From an uncultured Thermoplasmatales archaeon (GTDB lineage Archaea > Thermoplasmatota > E2 > UBA202 > DSCA01): a DNA stretch of 42,345 nt. Positions within the stretch are counted from its first letter, which is position 1, and every line of letters begins with the position of its first letter. Below the pieces are notes generated by a model. The model was given only the letters and a program-made list of their open reading frames with translations. It was not told the origin of the DNA and ran no database searches. Both the position numbers and the translations under genes were made by a program. This document shows, piece after piece, positions 1 through 8,179 of this stretch. The stretch covers positions 1-42,345 of the forward strand of contig CAZESS010000020.1 in the NCBI GenBank assembly GCA_964514975.1, given 5' to 3'.

Positions 1-319
1 GCTGCATGGTATTGATGTCGCCCACGGACACCTGTATCTCTTTTACACGGGTGCCCAGGGGAAACCGCATCGTGTGCGTCATGCGGGGCAGTATCGGCTC
101 ACCCGGATGCTGCACCGATGTGCAGCCATCAACATCGACCTGCAGCCAGCCATCCCCCGTTACCTCCGGCGCATCGAACGAAAACGTATACGACGCCGAC
201 GCCATCTCAGACCCGACGGCCGGCGACGATGTCTCCTGGCTAACCTGACCAGACATACCCGCCATCATGCCGCCGCCTGCAAAAATCGCTATGATTATGC
301 ATGCGAGGATTTTTTTCAT
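1..319 (-). CDS. Secreted protein, N-terminal part (signal peptide plus C25/gingipain-type propeptide); truncated by the window edge and absent from the ORF track
   Basis: Manual translation from ATG at 319 gives MKKILACIIIAIFAGGGMMAG...PGEPILPRMTHTMRFPLGTRVKEIQV, with no stop before base 1. It matches the propeptide of the C25 peptidase at 24101-26065 (SGEPMLPYRTKTMTLPLGT). Confidence 0.75.
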   Translation of the reverse strand, partial: MKKILACIIIAIFAGGGMMAGMSGQVSQETSSPAVGSEMASASYTFSFDAPEVTGDGWLQVDVDGCTSVQHPGEPILPRMTHTMRFPLGTRVKEIQVSVGDINTMQ

Positions 320-339
320 GTCATTGAATGCGAACGCAG

Positions 340-356
340 GATAAAATATTTATTGC
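340..356. promoter_or_regulatory. AT-rich TATA-like element between divergent genes
   Basis: GATAAAATATTTATTG lies in the 65-bp gap between the start at 319 (-) and the start at 385 (+). Confidence 0.45.
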
Positions 357-384
357 CACGGTCATTTACCGTCAGAGTGAAACC

Positions 385-3300
385 ATGGCATCCGGGATTA
401 ATCTAAAGAAGTGGGCCCTACCGCTGGTTATCGTAGCGTTTGTCCTCGTATTGTTTTTCAATACCTATTTCAATGCGACCTCAGGCATCGCCGTCAACGA
501 GGATGCCACCTCTCTGACGGAGAAGTTTTATCTGTCCGGGCCCGACCCCTATTACAACGCCCGGCTTATAGAGGAAACCCTCGAGAGCGGGGAATACGCC
601 TATCTGGGCGGTGAATACGGCACCACTGACCCATTGCTGAATTATCCGCTGGGTCGTTCAGGCGGCCGTCCACCCCTGTTCAACATGATAACCATGGGTG
701 TCGGCGGACTGCTCTCCCCGGTCATGGGGGAGGTTGACGCTCTGGGCTTCGCGATGCAGTTCCTGCCGGCGCTGTATGGCGCCCTGCTCGTGTTCCCGGT
801 GTACGTGATTGGCTCCCGGCTGTTCGACTGGAAGGCCGGTCTGGTGGGCGCGTTCATGGTTGCTCTGATACCCATCCATCTGGGCTCCGGCCACGGCTCC
901 GCCTTCTCGCTGTACGACCATGACTCCCTCGTGCTGCTGCTCACCACGACGACCATGATGTTTCTGACGCTGAGTCTCACCGAGCGGCATGACAGGAAGT
1001 CGATGCTGTATGCCTTCATGGGTGGGGTGTCCATCGCCGCGATGTCCATGACCTGGGTGTCCGGCCAGTATATCTATGCCCTGGTTGCCGTCTATGCGGT
1101 GGCGCAGATGTTCGTCGACATCGTGTCCTCGCGCATCAACCTCCGCGTTCCCCGGACGGTCAACATCGCTCTCCTTGGCGGCTACCTCGTGGCGTTGCCC
1201 TTCTTTATCTACAGGCAGGGCCTGGCGATGACGACGGAGCTGGCGGTCATCCTTGGCGTGGTGGTGTTCAGCGGCATCTACCTGTGGCTGCGCAGGCAGA
1301 ACATCCCCTGGGTGGTGTCCATCCCCTCGATTTTCGGGCTGGGCGGCATCGCGCTCGTGTTTCTCTACCTCATCCGGAACACGACCATCGGGGTGCTCCA
1401 GCCGTTCACCCGCATATCCGACATCATCTACGGCGCCGGCATCTACGGCAAAAAGGTATCGGCGACCATCGCCGAGGCGAGCACGTTCGACTTCAGCCGG
1501 AACGTCATGTCCTTCGGGCCGGTGCTGTTCTGGCTCGCCTGGGCCGGGTTCGTATTGCTCGCCTACCGGGTCTGGAAGGACCGGTCGCGCCGGGGCTACT
1601 TCCTCCTCATCATGTGGCTGCTCGTCGAGACATGGCTGCTGAGCACCGCCGGCCGTTTTCTCAACAACCTTGTGCCCATCATGGCGATCCTGGGAGGCTG
1701 GGTCCTCTGGATGACCATCGACAAGCTCAACTTCAAGGACATGGTGTCCACCATCAGGGGCGTCGGCGGCGGCTGGTATGGCTTCAAAAAGGGCGTCAAG
1801 ATACGGCATGTCGCCGGCGTGGTCTTCATCGTGTTCTTCGTGTTCGTGCCCAACGGCTGGATGGCGTTCGACGCATCGCTGCCGTCGACCATGAAACAGG
1901 ATTTCGACAGCGATAAGCTCGGTGCATTCGGCCTGGGCCTGCACACCGAGGAATACTGGACCGACGCGTTCGGATGGCTCGAGCGGCAGGAGCAAAACAT
2001 GAGCAACGTCGACAAGCCAGCCGTTATCTCCTGGTGGGACTACGGGTTTTACGAGGTCGCCATCGCCAAGCATCCGACGGTGGCCGACAACTTCCAGGAC
2101 GGCATCCCTCCCGCCTCGAACTTCCAGACCGCTGAATCGGAGCAGGCAGCCGTGTCCATCTGGCTCGTCCGGCTTGCCGAGGGAGACATGCAGGAACACG
2201 ACGGCGAGCTGTCAGCGGAGCTCAAAGACGTCTTCGACGAGCACCTGGGCGACCACAGCGACGACCTGGTCACCATCATCGAGACGCCGAAGGAGTATGT
2301 CAATACCACCTACGACGACATCATCAGCAAGCAGTACGGCGGCGAAAAATACCGGGTGCGCGCCGAAAACGCCCGCTACCATGATGCTACGAGCCTGCTC
2401 ACCGGCAACCTCACCGACGAGGAGCTCACCTGGCTGTACCACGACGTGCAGGACGTCACCGGCAACAGCATCCGCTACTACGCCGTCGAAGGCTACGACG
2501 TCAACATCTTCAACGTGTTCACCTTCCTCGCCGACAAGGGCACCTTCGGCTACGAGACCAGCGAGGACAGATACTTCAACCTCTGGTACACCAACGAAAG
2601 CGGCCTCAGGTTTACTCCCGAGGAGGTCAGAAACATGACGCAGCAGGAGCGCCAGCAAATCGGTCAACTGACGCCGCACCAGGAGCGGAAGCAGCCGTTC
2701 TACAACAGCATGGTGTACCGCTCCTATCTTGGCTCATCCGTGCCCAAACAGATATTCGAAAACCAGACAGAGAACCAGCAGTACCTCCAATACCTGTACA
2801 TGCTCATGCGGCCCACCCAGGGATTCAAGCATTTCTCCGTGGAATACGTCTCGCCGATGGACGACCAGCAGTCCCTCTACTTCGCGCGAGGCCAGCTCTG
2901 CCGGGGCTGCCCCGCCGTCGTCATCGCCAAATACTACGAGGGAGCCCGCATCAACGGCACGCTGGTGAGCGAGGGCGAACCCGTCGACGGCGCCACGGTA
3001 ACCGTCCAGCAAACCGTCACCATGTTCAACCAGTCACGGTCAATCTCACATGACAGCACCGTCACCGACGCCAGCGGCCATTTCTCCGTCATCGCGCCCG
3101 CGGGCAACATCTCCCTGTCCATAAGCCAGGGCAGCGGACAAAACCAGGTGCAGATAAAAACCATCACGTTCAACGGGACGGGAGAGCGAGCGCCCATCAC
3201 CGAGGATGAGGCCATGCGCCGCGGCGACTGGCGGCGCGATCTCGGCGTCATCTCCATCCAGAAGGGCTCCGTCGAAGGTATGGCCTACTGGGACAAGGAC

Positions 3301-3837
3301 GGCAATAACAAGTACAACGCCAGCGTCGACGAGCCAATGTCGAACGTCGACATATCTGTCGGCGGAAAGAGCACCTCCACCAATGCACGCGGCGAATACA
3401 GCATAACCTCGCTGCTGCCCGACACCTACACGATGAGCGTGACCAGGAACGGCTACGAGGTCACCTCCTCGAAACAGGTCGGCATCAAGCCCAACCAGAC
3501 GATAACCAAGAACCTGTCGCTGGCACCGGCAAAGGTAACGGTGAGCGGCGCAGCCTGGCTGGACCTGAACCACAACGGCAGACGCGACGCCAACGAAACC
3601 GTGCCCAACGTCCCCATCGGTTTCACAGTGCTCAGCGCCCCCGACCAGAACGCCGAAAACACGACGGCTGAGGCCAACGAAACCGGATACTACACAAAGA
3701 ACCTCTCGCCGGGTACCTACCGGGTATCCGTCAACGCCACCTCAAACGGCACCCGCTACGTGTACAGCCACACCATCACCATCGACATCGGCGACGCACC
3801 GCGCACCCTGAACATCGAGATCGCCCGGGCGGACTAG
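385..3837 (+). CDS. aglB: Oligosaccharyltransferase AglB/STT3 with C-terminal beta-sandwich (carboxypeptidase-regulatory/SdrD-B-like) extensions
   Basis: Multi-TM N-terminal half with DPYY, DHD and TIAE motifs, then the WWDYG motif and ADNFQ. Start placed at ATG 385 (MASGIN). Confidence 0.93.
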   Translation: MASGINLKKWALPLVIVAFVLVLFFNTYFNATSGIAVNEDATSLTEKFYLSGPDPYYNARLIEETLESGEYAYLGGEYGTTDPLLNYPLGRSGGRPPLFNMITMGVGGLLSPVMGEVDALGFAMQFLPALYGALLVFPVYVIGSRLFDWKAGLVGAFMVALIPIHLGSGHGSAFSLYDHDSLVLLLTTTTMMFLTLSLTERHDRKSMLYAFMGGVSIAAMSMTWVSGQYIYALVAVYAVAQMFVDIVSSRINLRVPRTVNIALLGGYLVALPFFIYRQGLAMTTELAVILGVVVFSGIYLWLRRQNIPWVVSIPSIFGLGGIALVFLYLIRNTTIGVLQPFTRISDIIYGAGIYGKKVSATIAEASTFDFSRNVMSFGPVLFWLAWAGFVLLAYRVWKDRSRRGYFLLIMWLLVETWLLSTAGRFLNNLVPIMAILGGWVLWMTIDKLNFKDMVSTIRGVGGGWYGFKKGVKIRHVAGVVFIVFFVFVPNGWMAFDASLPSTMKQDFDSDKLGAFGLGLHTEEYWTDAFGWLERQEQNMSNVDKPAVISWWDYGFYEVAIAKHPTVADNFQDGIPPASNFQTAESEQAAVSIWLVRLAEGDMQEHDGELSAELKDVFDEHLGDHSDDLVTIIETPKEYVNTTYDDIISKQYGGEKYRVRAENARYHDATSLLTGNLTDEELTWLYHDVQDVTGNSIRYYAVEGYDVNIFNVFTFLADKGTFGYETSEDRYFNLWYTNESGLRFTPEEVRNMTQQERQQIGQLTPHQERKQPFYNSMVYRSYLGSSVPKQIFENQTENQQYLQYLYMLMRPTQGFKHFSVEYVSPMDDQQSLYFARGQLCRGCPAVVIAKYYEGARINGTLVSEGEPVDGATVTVQQTVTMFNQSRSISHDSTVTDASGHFSVIAPAGNISLSISQGSGQNQVQIKTITFNGTGERAPITEDEAMRRGDWRRDLGVISIQKGSVEGMAYWDKDGNNKYNASVDEPMSNVDISVGGKSTSTNARGEYSITSLLPDTYTMSVTRNGYEVTSSKQVGIKPNQTITKNLSLAPAKVTVSGAAWLDLNHNGRRDANETVPNVPIGFTVLSAPDQNAENTTAEANETGYYTKNLSPGTYRVSVNATSNGTRYVYSHTITIDIGDAPRTLNIEIARAD

Positions 3838-3839
3838 CC

Positions 3840-4181
3840 ATGCGGTACGAGGAGTTCAAACGATACCGGGAGCAGATGAACCAGAAAATCCTCGATATGG
3901 GCGACCGCGATACCAAGCGGTTTTTCGCCCTTGACACGTCGGTGTACCACGACAAAGAGTTGCCATCGAGGACCAAGGAGCTGCTCGGGCTCGTCGCCTC
4001 CACGGTGCTGCGCTGCAATGACTGCATCCTGTACCATCTCGACCGGTGCATCCAGGAAGACTACAGCAACGCGGAGCTCTACGAGGCGCTGAACGTCGCG
4101 CTGGTCGTTGGTGGCTCAATCACCATCCCGCATGTCCGGTATGCCTATGACATGATCGACGATATACGGGAAAAACAGTAG
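3840..4181 (+). CDS. Carboxymuconolactone decarboxylase/AhpD-family protein
   Basis: L-x-x-R-T-K-E-L...RCNDCILYH (CxxC-x3-H), then E-A-L-x-V-A...GGS. Confidence 0.85.
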   Translation: MRYEEFKRYREQMNQKILDMGDRDTKRFFALDTSVYHDKELPSRTKELLGLVASTVLRCNDCILYHLDRCIQEDYSNAELYEALNVALVVGGSITIPHVRYAYDMIDDIREKQ

Positions 4182-5240
4182 CTACCTCGTGACGATGGTG
4201 ACAACGTCGCCGTCCTTCACCACATGGTCAAGGCCGACCCGCTGTCCCGGGAAGGCCGCCGACGGTCCCCACACGGATGCATAGCGAAAGTTTTTCTCGA
4301 ATGCACGGTGCACCTCGCGGCAGACATCGGCTATCTCGGCACCTTTTTTGACAACGAGCGGCCGCTCCATGTCCGCCGTGCCATGCTGCGGCTTGAGATA
4401 CACCCGGGCGACATCGAGCTTTTCGAAAATCTGCTGCCGGAGCCTGTCGAGCCCCTCTCCGGTTTTCGCGGATATCGGGATGCCCTCCCCACAGCCTTTG
4501 TGGATGTCTATCTTGTTGCATGCCACAACAGAGGGAATGTACACGCGGTTGTCTGACAGCGCGTCGATGAACTGCTCCGCGTTGACCGGACCACGGATGG
4601 ATATATCAGCGTTGACCAGGTATTCCTGGGCGATGCTCCGCGCCGTCTGCTCGTCGAGCGCCGCCTGCCTGGACAGCTCGACATGGATGCCGCCGCTGCC
4701 CTTCTTTTTTATCGAAACCGCCGGCGGCCGCTGGTTGAGCCGGATGCCCGACCGGTAGAGCTCCCGATGGATGCGCTCGAGCTGGGCGGGCTGTCCCGCA
4801 TCGACCAGGATGAGGATGAGGTCGACGACGCGGGCCATTGAAATGATTTTTTTTCCCTCGCCTCTGCCCTCAGAGGCGCCATGGATGATGCCGGGAAGGT
4901 CAAGCAGCTGTATCTTGCAACCCTCGTAGTCCATCACACCCGGCACGATCTGCGTCGTCGTGAAATCATAGTCGGCGGTCTCGCTCTGTGCGTTGGTCAG
5001 CCGGTTGAGCAGCGTTGACTTGCCGACCGACGGGAAGCCAACCATGCCGACCGTTGCATCACCGGTTTTTTTGACGGCGAAGCCGCTGCCGCCGGAGCTC
5101 TTGGCCGACCGCTCGGCTTTTTTGTCCCGCAGCCGGGCGAGCTTGGCCTTCAGCCGGCCGATGTGCTGCTGTGTCGCCTTGTTGTACGGCGTCTCACGTA
5201 TCTCCCGTTCTATCTCCTCGATGTCCTCGTCGATACCCAC
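4182..5240 (-). CDS. DRG/OBG-family GTP-binding protein with TGS domain
   Basis: N-terminal TPYNKATQQHIGRLKAKLA, G1 GFPSVGKS, G3 DLPG, G4 NKID, and C-terminal TGS (GQRVGLDHV..DGDVV). Confidence 0.93.
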   Translation of the reverse strand: MGIDEDIEEIEREIRETPYNKATQQHIGRLKAKLARLRDKKAERSAKSSGGSGFAVKKTGDATVGMVGFPSVGKSTLLNRLTNAQSETADYDFTTTQIVPGVMDYEGCKIQLLDLPGIIHGASEGRGEGKKIISMARVVDLILILVDAGQPAQLERIHRELYRSGIRLNQRPPAVSIKKKGSGGIHVELSRQAALDEQTARSIAQEYLVNADISIRGPVNAEQFIDALSDNRVYIPSVVACNKIDIHKGCGEGIPISAKTGEGLDRLRQQIFEKLDVARVYLKPQHGTADMERPLVVKKGAEIADVCREVHRAFEKNFRYASVWGPSAAFPGQRVGLDHVVKDGDVVTIVTR

Positions 5241-5287
5241 GGCTGCTCAAATACGCCGCCATACATAAAAATTATGCCCCGCCAGGG

Positions 5288-5938
5288 CTACGATTCCTGC
5301 TCCTGCAGCTCCGCATAATAGGGACAGCGCTGCCGGAGCAGGCAGCGCTCGCATTCCGGGTTCCGGGCATGACATATCTGGCGGCCGTGCGCGATGAGCA
5401 TGTTTGAGACCTCATACCATCGCTTCCAGGGATAGCGCTCCATCAGATCCCGCTCGATTTTTTCCCGCTTTTCATGCTCGGTGAGGCCAAGGCGCTGCGC
5501 CAGCCGCATGACATGGGTGTCCACGACGACGCCCTCGTGGACGTCGTACGCCTCGCTCATGACGACGTTGGCGGTCTTCCGGCTCACCCCGTGCAGCTCC
5601 ACCATGTCCTCCATCCGGTTGGGCACCTCGCCGTCGTGCTCCTCCACGATACGCCGCGCGCTTTTTTTGATGTATTTTGCCTTGTTCCGGTAAAAGTTGA
5701 CGCTGTTGATTGCTTCCTGCAGCTCCTCCAACTCGGCGCTGGCATATGCCTCCACACTCGGATATTTTTCGAACAGCTTTGGCGTTACCTTGTTGACCTG
5801 CTCGTCGGTGGTCTGCGCCGAGAGAATCGTCGCGACGAGCAGCTCCATCGGCGTCTCATAGTTCAGCGCCGTCCCCGTCACATCGGGGTATTCCTCCCTA
5901 AGCACGTCGATGACGTCTCTTTCCTCGCTTTCAGCCAT
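5288..5938 (-). CDS. nth: Endonuclease III (HhH-GPD glycosylase with 4Fe-4S cluster)
   Basis: LLVATILSAQTTD, HhH LHGVSRKTANVV, VDTHV, and C-x6-C-x2-C-x5-C. Start is 5938 or 5947. Confidence 0.93.
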   Translation of the reverse strand: MAESEERDVIDVLREEYPDVTGTALNYETPMELLVATILSAQTTDEQVNKVTPKLFEKYPSVEAYASAELEELQEAINSVNFYRNKAKYIKKSARRIVEEHDGEVPNRMEDMVELHGVSRKTANVVMSEAYDVHEGVVVDTHVMRLAQRLGLTEHEKREKIERDLMERYPWKRWYEVSNMLIAHGRQICHARNPECERCLLRQRCPYYAELQEQES

Positions 5939-5970
5939 AGTAGGCATGTAACACCGGGGTGTTTTTCTCT

Positions 5971-5986
5971 TTTTTGCCACCCGAAA
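5971..5986 (+). repeat. Left copy of 16-bp direct repeat TTTTTGCCACCCGAAA
   Basis: Identical to 8071-8086; marks the switch to AT-rich sequence. Confidence 0.9.
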
Positions 5987-6142
5987 TGACATGTTGGCAC
6001 TTTGTTAATCTAGAGAATTTAAGCTGTTAAAAGAATGTGGGATATATAGTTTGATTTGAAATTGGTTTATAAGGATTTTTTGAATAGATGAGAAAATACG
6101 AAATGGCACCTATCAGTGTCCATCAACTATGAAGGTTTACCC

Positions 6143-6907
6143 TCACTTTTTTTCAAATTCCTCCCATTTTTGTTCTGATACCTCAGATAATACATCGTAT
6201 AATTCGTCAAAGGTATTATCATCGCCCAGGTAATTCCACATTTCCGCGCCTAGAAGTACTTGTTTTTCAAGGTCCATAATTCTTTTGGTGAAGCCCCAAT
6301 TATATTCTTTTCTTGTTACATAGGGATTATAGTGGAGGGCGTAGAATGCTTGGTTTGCATTGCTAATGGACAAATATTGCAACATTTTTGCCTTAGTTGC
6401 CTCGGTTTGATCTAAATTTGGTTTGGGCGATTTTATTTCATAATATAGTGGACCATTTTCATGGTCTCCTACATAAAAATCTAATATTATCAGTGTGTCA
6501 TCCACTTCTCCTGTCTTCGCTTTTTTGATTTCAGCCATTTCTTTATCGTGGTTAGGTATTCTTTCTTTATTGCCTACTTTACCTCTCAACTCTCGGCATA
6601 TCCTATGTATTTTTCTCTCTGCTCCTTTATCTAATTTACAAGTGTAGGGATACTCAAGTTCCACCTCATTATATGTATCTCCAGCGATAATTTTTGCGAG
6701 TTTTGGTACGAATGATTGTCCGATGCTTGTTACTACGGACCTTTCTTTCAATGCCGCTATCGCGGCTTCCGGCGTAAAAAAGATGCTGTGCCAAGGATAT
6801 CCTTTTTTGATGGTTTCATAATCAACATCTAAATTGAACAGGGTATTTTCAAAAAAAGATTCCGTTAAACTTACTATCTCGTTAATCGTGGCATTGCTGA
6901 AGCTCAT
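6143..6907 (-). CDS. Type II restriction endonuclease, TdeIII/MjaII family (PD-(D/E)xK fold)
   Basis: PWH, RSVVTSIG, D...EIKSPKPNLDQ, YNPY and GAEMWNYLG..TF..L motifs; adjacent to an MTase. Confidence 0.8.
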   Translation of the reverse strand: MSFSNATINEIVSLTESFFENTLFNLDVDYETIKKGYPWHSIFFTPEAAIAALKERSVVTSIGQSFVPKLAKIIAGDTYNEVELEYPYTCKLDKGAERKIHRICRELRGKVGNKERIPNHDKEMAEIKKAKTGEVDDTLIILDFYVGDHENGPLYYEIKSPKPNLDQTEATKAKMLQYLSISNANQAFYALHYNPYVTRKEYNWGFTKRIMDLEKQVLLGAEMWNYLGDDNTFDELYDVLSEVSEQKWEEFEKK

Positions 6908-6969
6908 AGAAGAAAATGACGGGCAAACTTTTATAAATTAGGTGTCATTTAGGGTAATAAGGTGTCACT
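6908..6969. promoter_or_regulatory. Divergent promoter/operator: palindromic TATA box with inverted and direct repeats
   Basis: TTTATAAA at 6930-6937; inverted pair AAATGAC (6914-6920) / GTCATTT (6944-6950); direct pair AGGTGTCA at 6940-6947 and 6960-6967. Confidence 0.6.
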
Positions 6970-7140
6970 ATGGGTATATTGTATTCGATTCCGGTAACTG
7001 TGGTTAGTAACAATGGCGCCATGAAGTGTACCATCCCAAAGAGCATTGCTGAAAAAATGAAGTTAAAAAAAGGAGACGGGATTATTTGGACTTTGTTCGA
7101 TGACGGAAAGGTTGAAGTATCAAAAGAAACTATCAAGTGA
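6970..7140 (+). CDS. AbrB/MazE/SpoVT-family DNA-binding protein, 56 aa (not in ORF track)
   Basis: Manual translation: MGILYSIPVTVVSNNGAMKCTIPKSIAEKMKLKKGDGIIWTLFDDGKVEVSKETIK. It has the TIPKxI...L..GD.I.W...G.V swapped-hairpin signature, and its TGA overlaps the MTase GTG (GTGA). Confidence 0.82.
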   Translation: MGILYSIPVTVVSNNGAMKCTIPKSIAEKMKLKKGDGIIWTLFDDGKVEVSKETIK

Positions 7141-7952
7141 TACCCATGGAGACCTCAATGGAATTTTACATAGGTGACTGTCTTGAAAAATTTGCTCGGA
7201 TTGAGCCTGAAACTGTTGATATGGTGTTTGCCGACCCACCATATAACGTCGGTAAAGAGTATTATGGTGATGATGTCGATGACAACCGATCGGATTATTT
7301 TAAATGGATGGAAAAATGGATGACAAAATGTTATGAGGTTTTACGGCCTGGTGGGGCAGCATATTTTATGAATGCACCAAAAAAATTTGGCCGGCAAGAA
7401 GCTGTTATAAAATCCGTTGGTTTTGATATCTCAAGTTATATTGTTTGGATGCGGCGGAATCCTGCACCGGCGAAGAATACTTTTCCAAACATTCATTCTG
7501 ACATTCATTATTGTATAAAGCCCGGCGGAAAGCGGTATTTTGATGCCTCGGAATTGATACCGTATGAAATCCGGAGAGAAGATGGAATAGTTGGAAAAGA
7601 TCATAGGCCCTATGACGTCTGGCTTGATATTCCTAAACTTGTCCCCGGATTTATGGCTCAAGATGAAGTGGTTATGAAGCCTGGAAAGAAAAAGGCGATG
7701 TTGCTTCCTAATCAATTGCCGGAAAAGTTGGTGTGGCGATGTGTTAGAGCGAGTACGAAACCGGGAGATTTAGTAGTTGACCCTTTTCTCGGTGTTGGTA
7801 CGACTATGAGGGTGTGTGGTAAGCATAACCGGAATTTCATTGGTTTTGAAATTAATGAGGAATACAAGCCGTTTTTAGATAAACAAAAGAAAATATTAAA
7901 CTCGTTGCCAGATAAAGAAACAGAAAATGAATTGAAACAAACCACTCTTTAA
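7137..7952 (+). CDS. Site-specific DNA amino-methyltransferase (m6A or m4C), beta class
   Basis: GDCLE, catalytic FADPPYN near the N-terminus, PEKLV, and SAM-binding DPFLGVGTT...GFEIN near the C-terminus. Confidence 0.92.
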   Translation: MIPMETSMEFYIGDCLEKFARIEPETVDMVFADPPYNVGKEYYGDDVDDNRSDYFKWMEKWMTKCYEVLRPGGAAYFMNAPKKFGRQEAVIKSVGFDISSYIVWMRRNPAPAKNTFPNIHSDIHYCIKPGGKRYFDASELIPYEIRREDGIVGKDHRPYDVWLDIPKLVPGFMAQDEVVMKPGKKKAMLLPNQLPEKLVWRCVRASTKPGDLVVDPFLGVGTTMRVCGKHNRNFIGFEINEEYKPFLDKQKKILNSLPDKETENELKQTTL

Positions 7953-8070
7953 TCAAGAACACAGTATGTGGTTTCGCGGCTGTCGAACCGAATATGGGGA
8001 GAATGAAGTCTCAGTATCATATCTTTTACGGTTAGTGGTGTTAGCGGCATCAAAAGCATGGATTGTACAA

Positions 8071-8086
8071 TTTTTGCCACCCGAAA
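8071..8086 (+). repeat. Right copy of 16-bp direct repeat TTTTTGCCACCCGAAA
   Basis: Identical to 5971-5986; GC-rich sequence resumes immediately after it. Confidence 0.9.
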
Positions 8087-8179
8087 ACGCTATCTAGCGC
8101 CGTCCCGATAGATAGGTATGGAGCGCTGCCCGCGCTGCGGCCGTCATCATGATGGGCGGTATCCCTGTCCCTGGTGTGG

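Larger units (their letters stand above)
5971..8086. mobile_element. AT-rich restriction-modification cassette bounded by 16-bp direct repeats; no integrase or transposase
   Basis: Abrupt drop in GC and A/T-ending codons between two exact repeat copies 2100 bp apart. Contains an REase, an AbrB-like gene and an MTase. Confidence 0.75.

Noticed and set aside
658-2199. Long antisense or alternate-frame ORFs (e.g. 658..2199, 12245..13675, 15035..16312, 16853..17941)
   Set aside because: They shadow well-supported genes in GC-rich DNA and show no family motifs.
7953-8070. Possible integron attC site (GTTAGTG/GTTAGCG near the cassette end)
   Set aside because: There is no matching TAAC-type box after the stop codon, no extended hairpin and no integrase.
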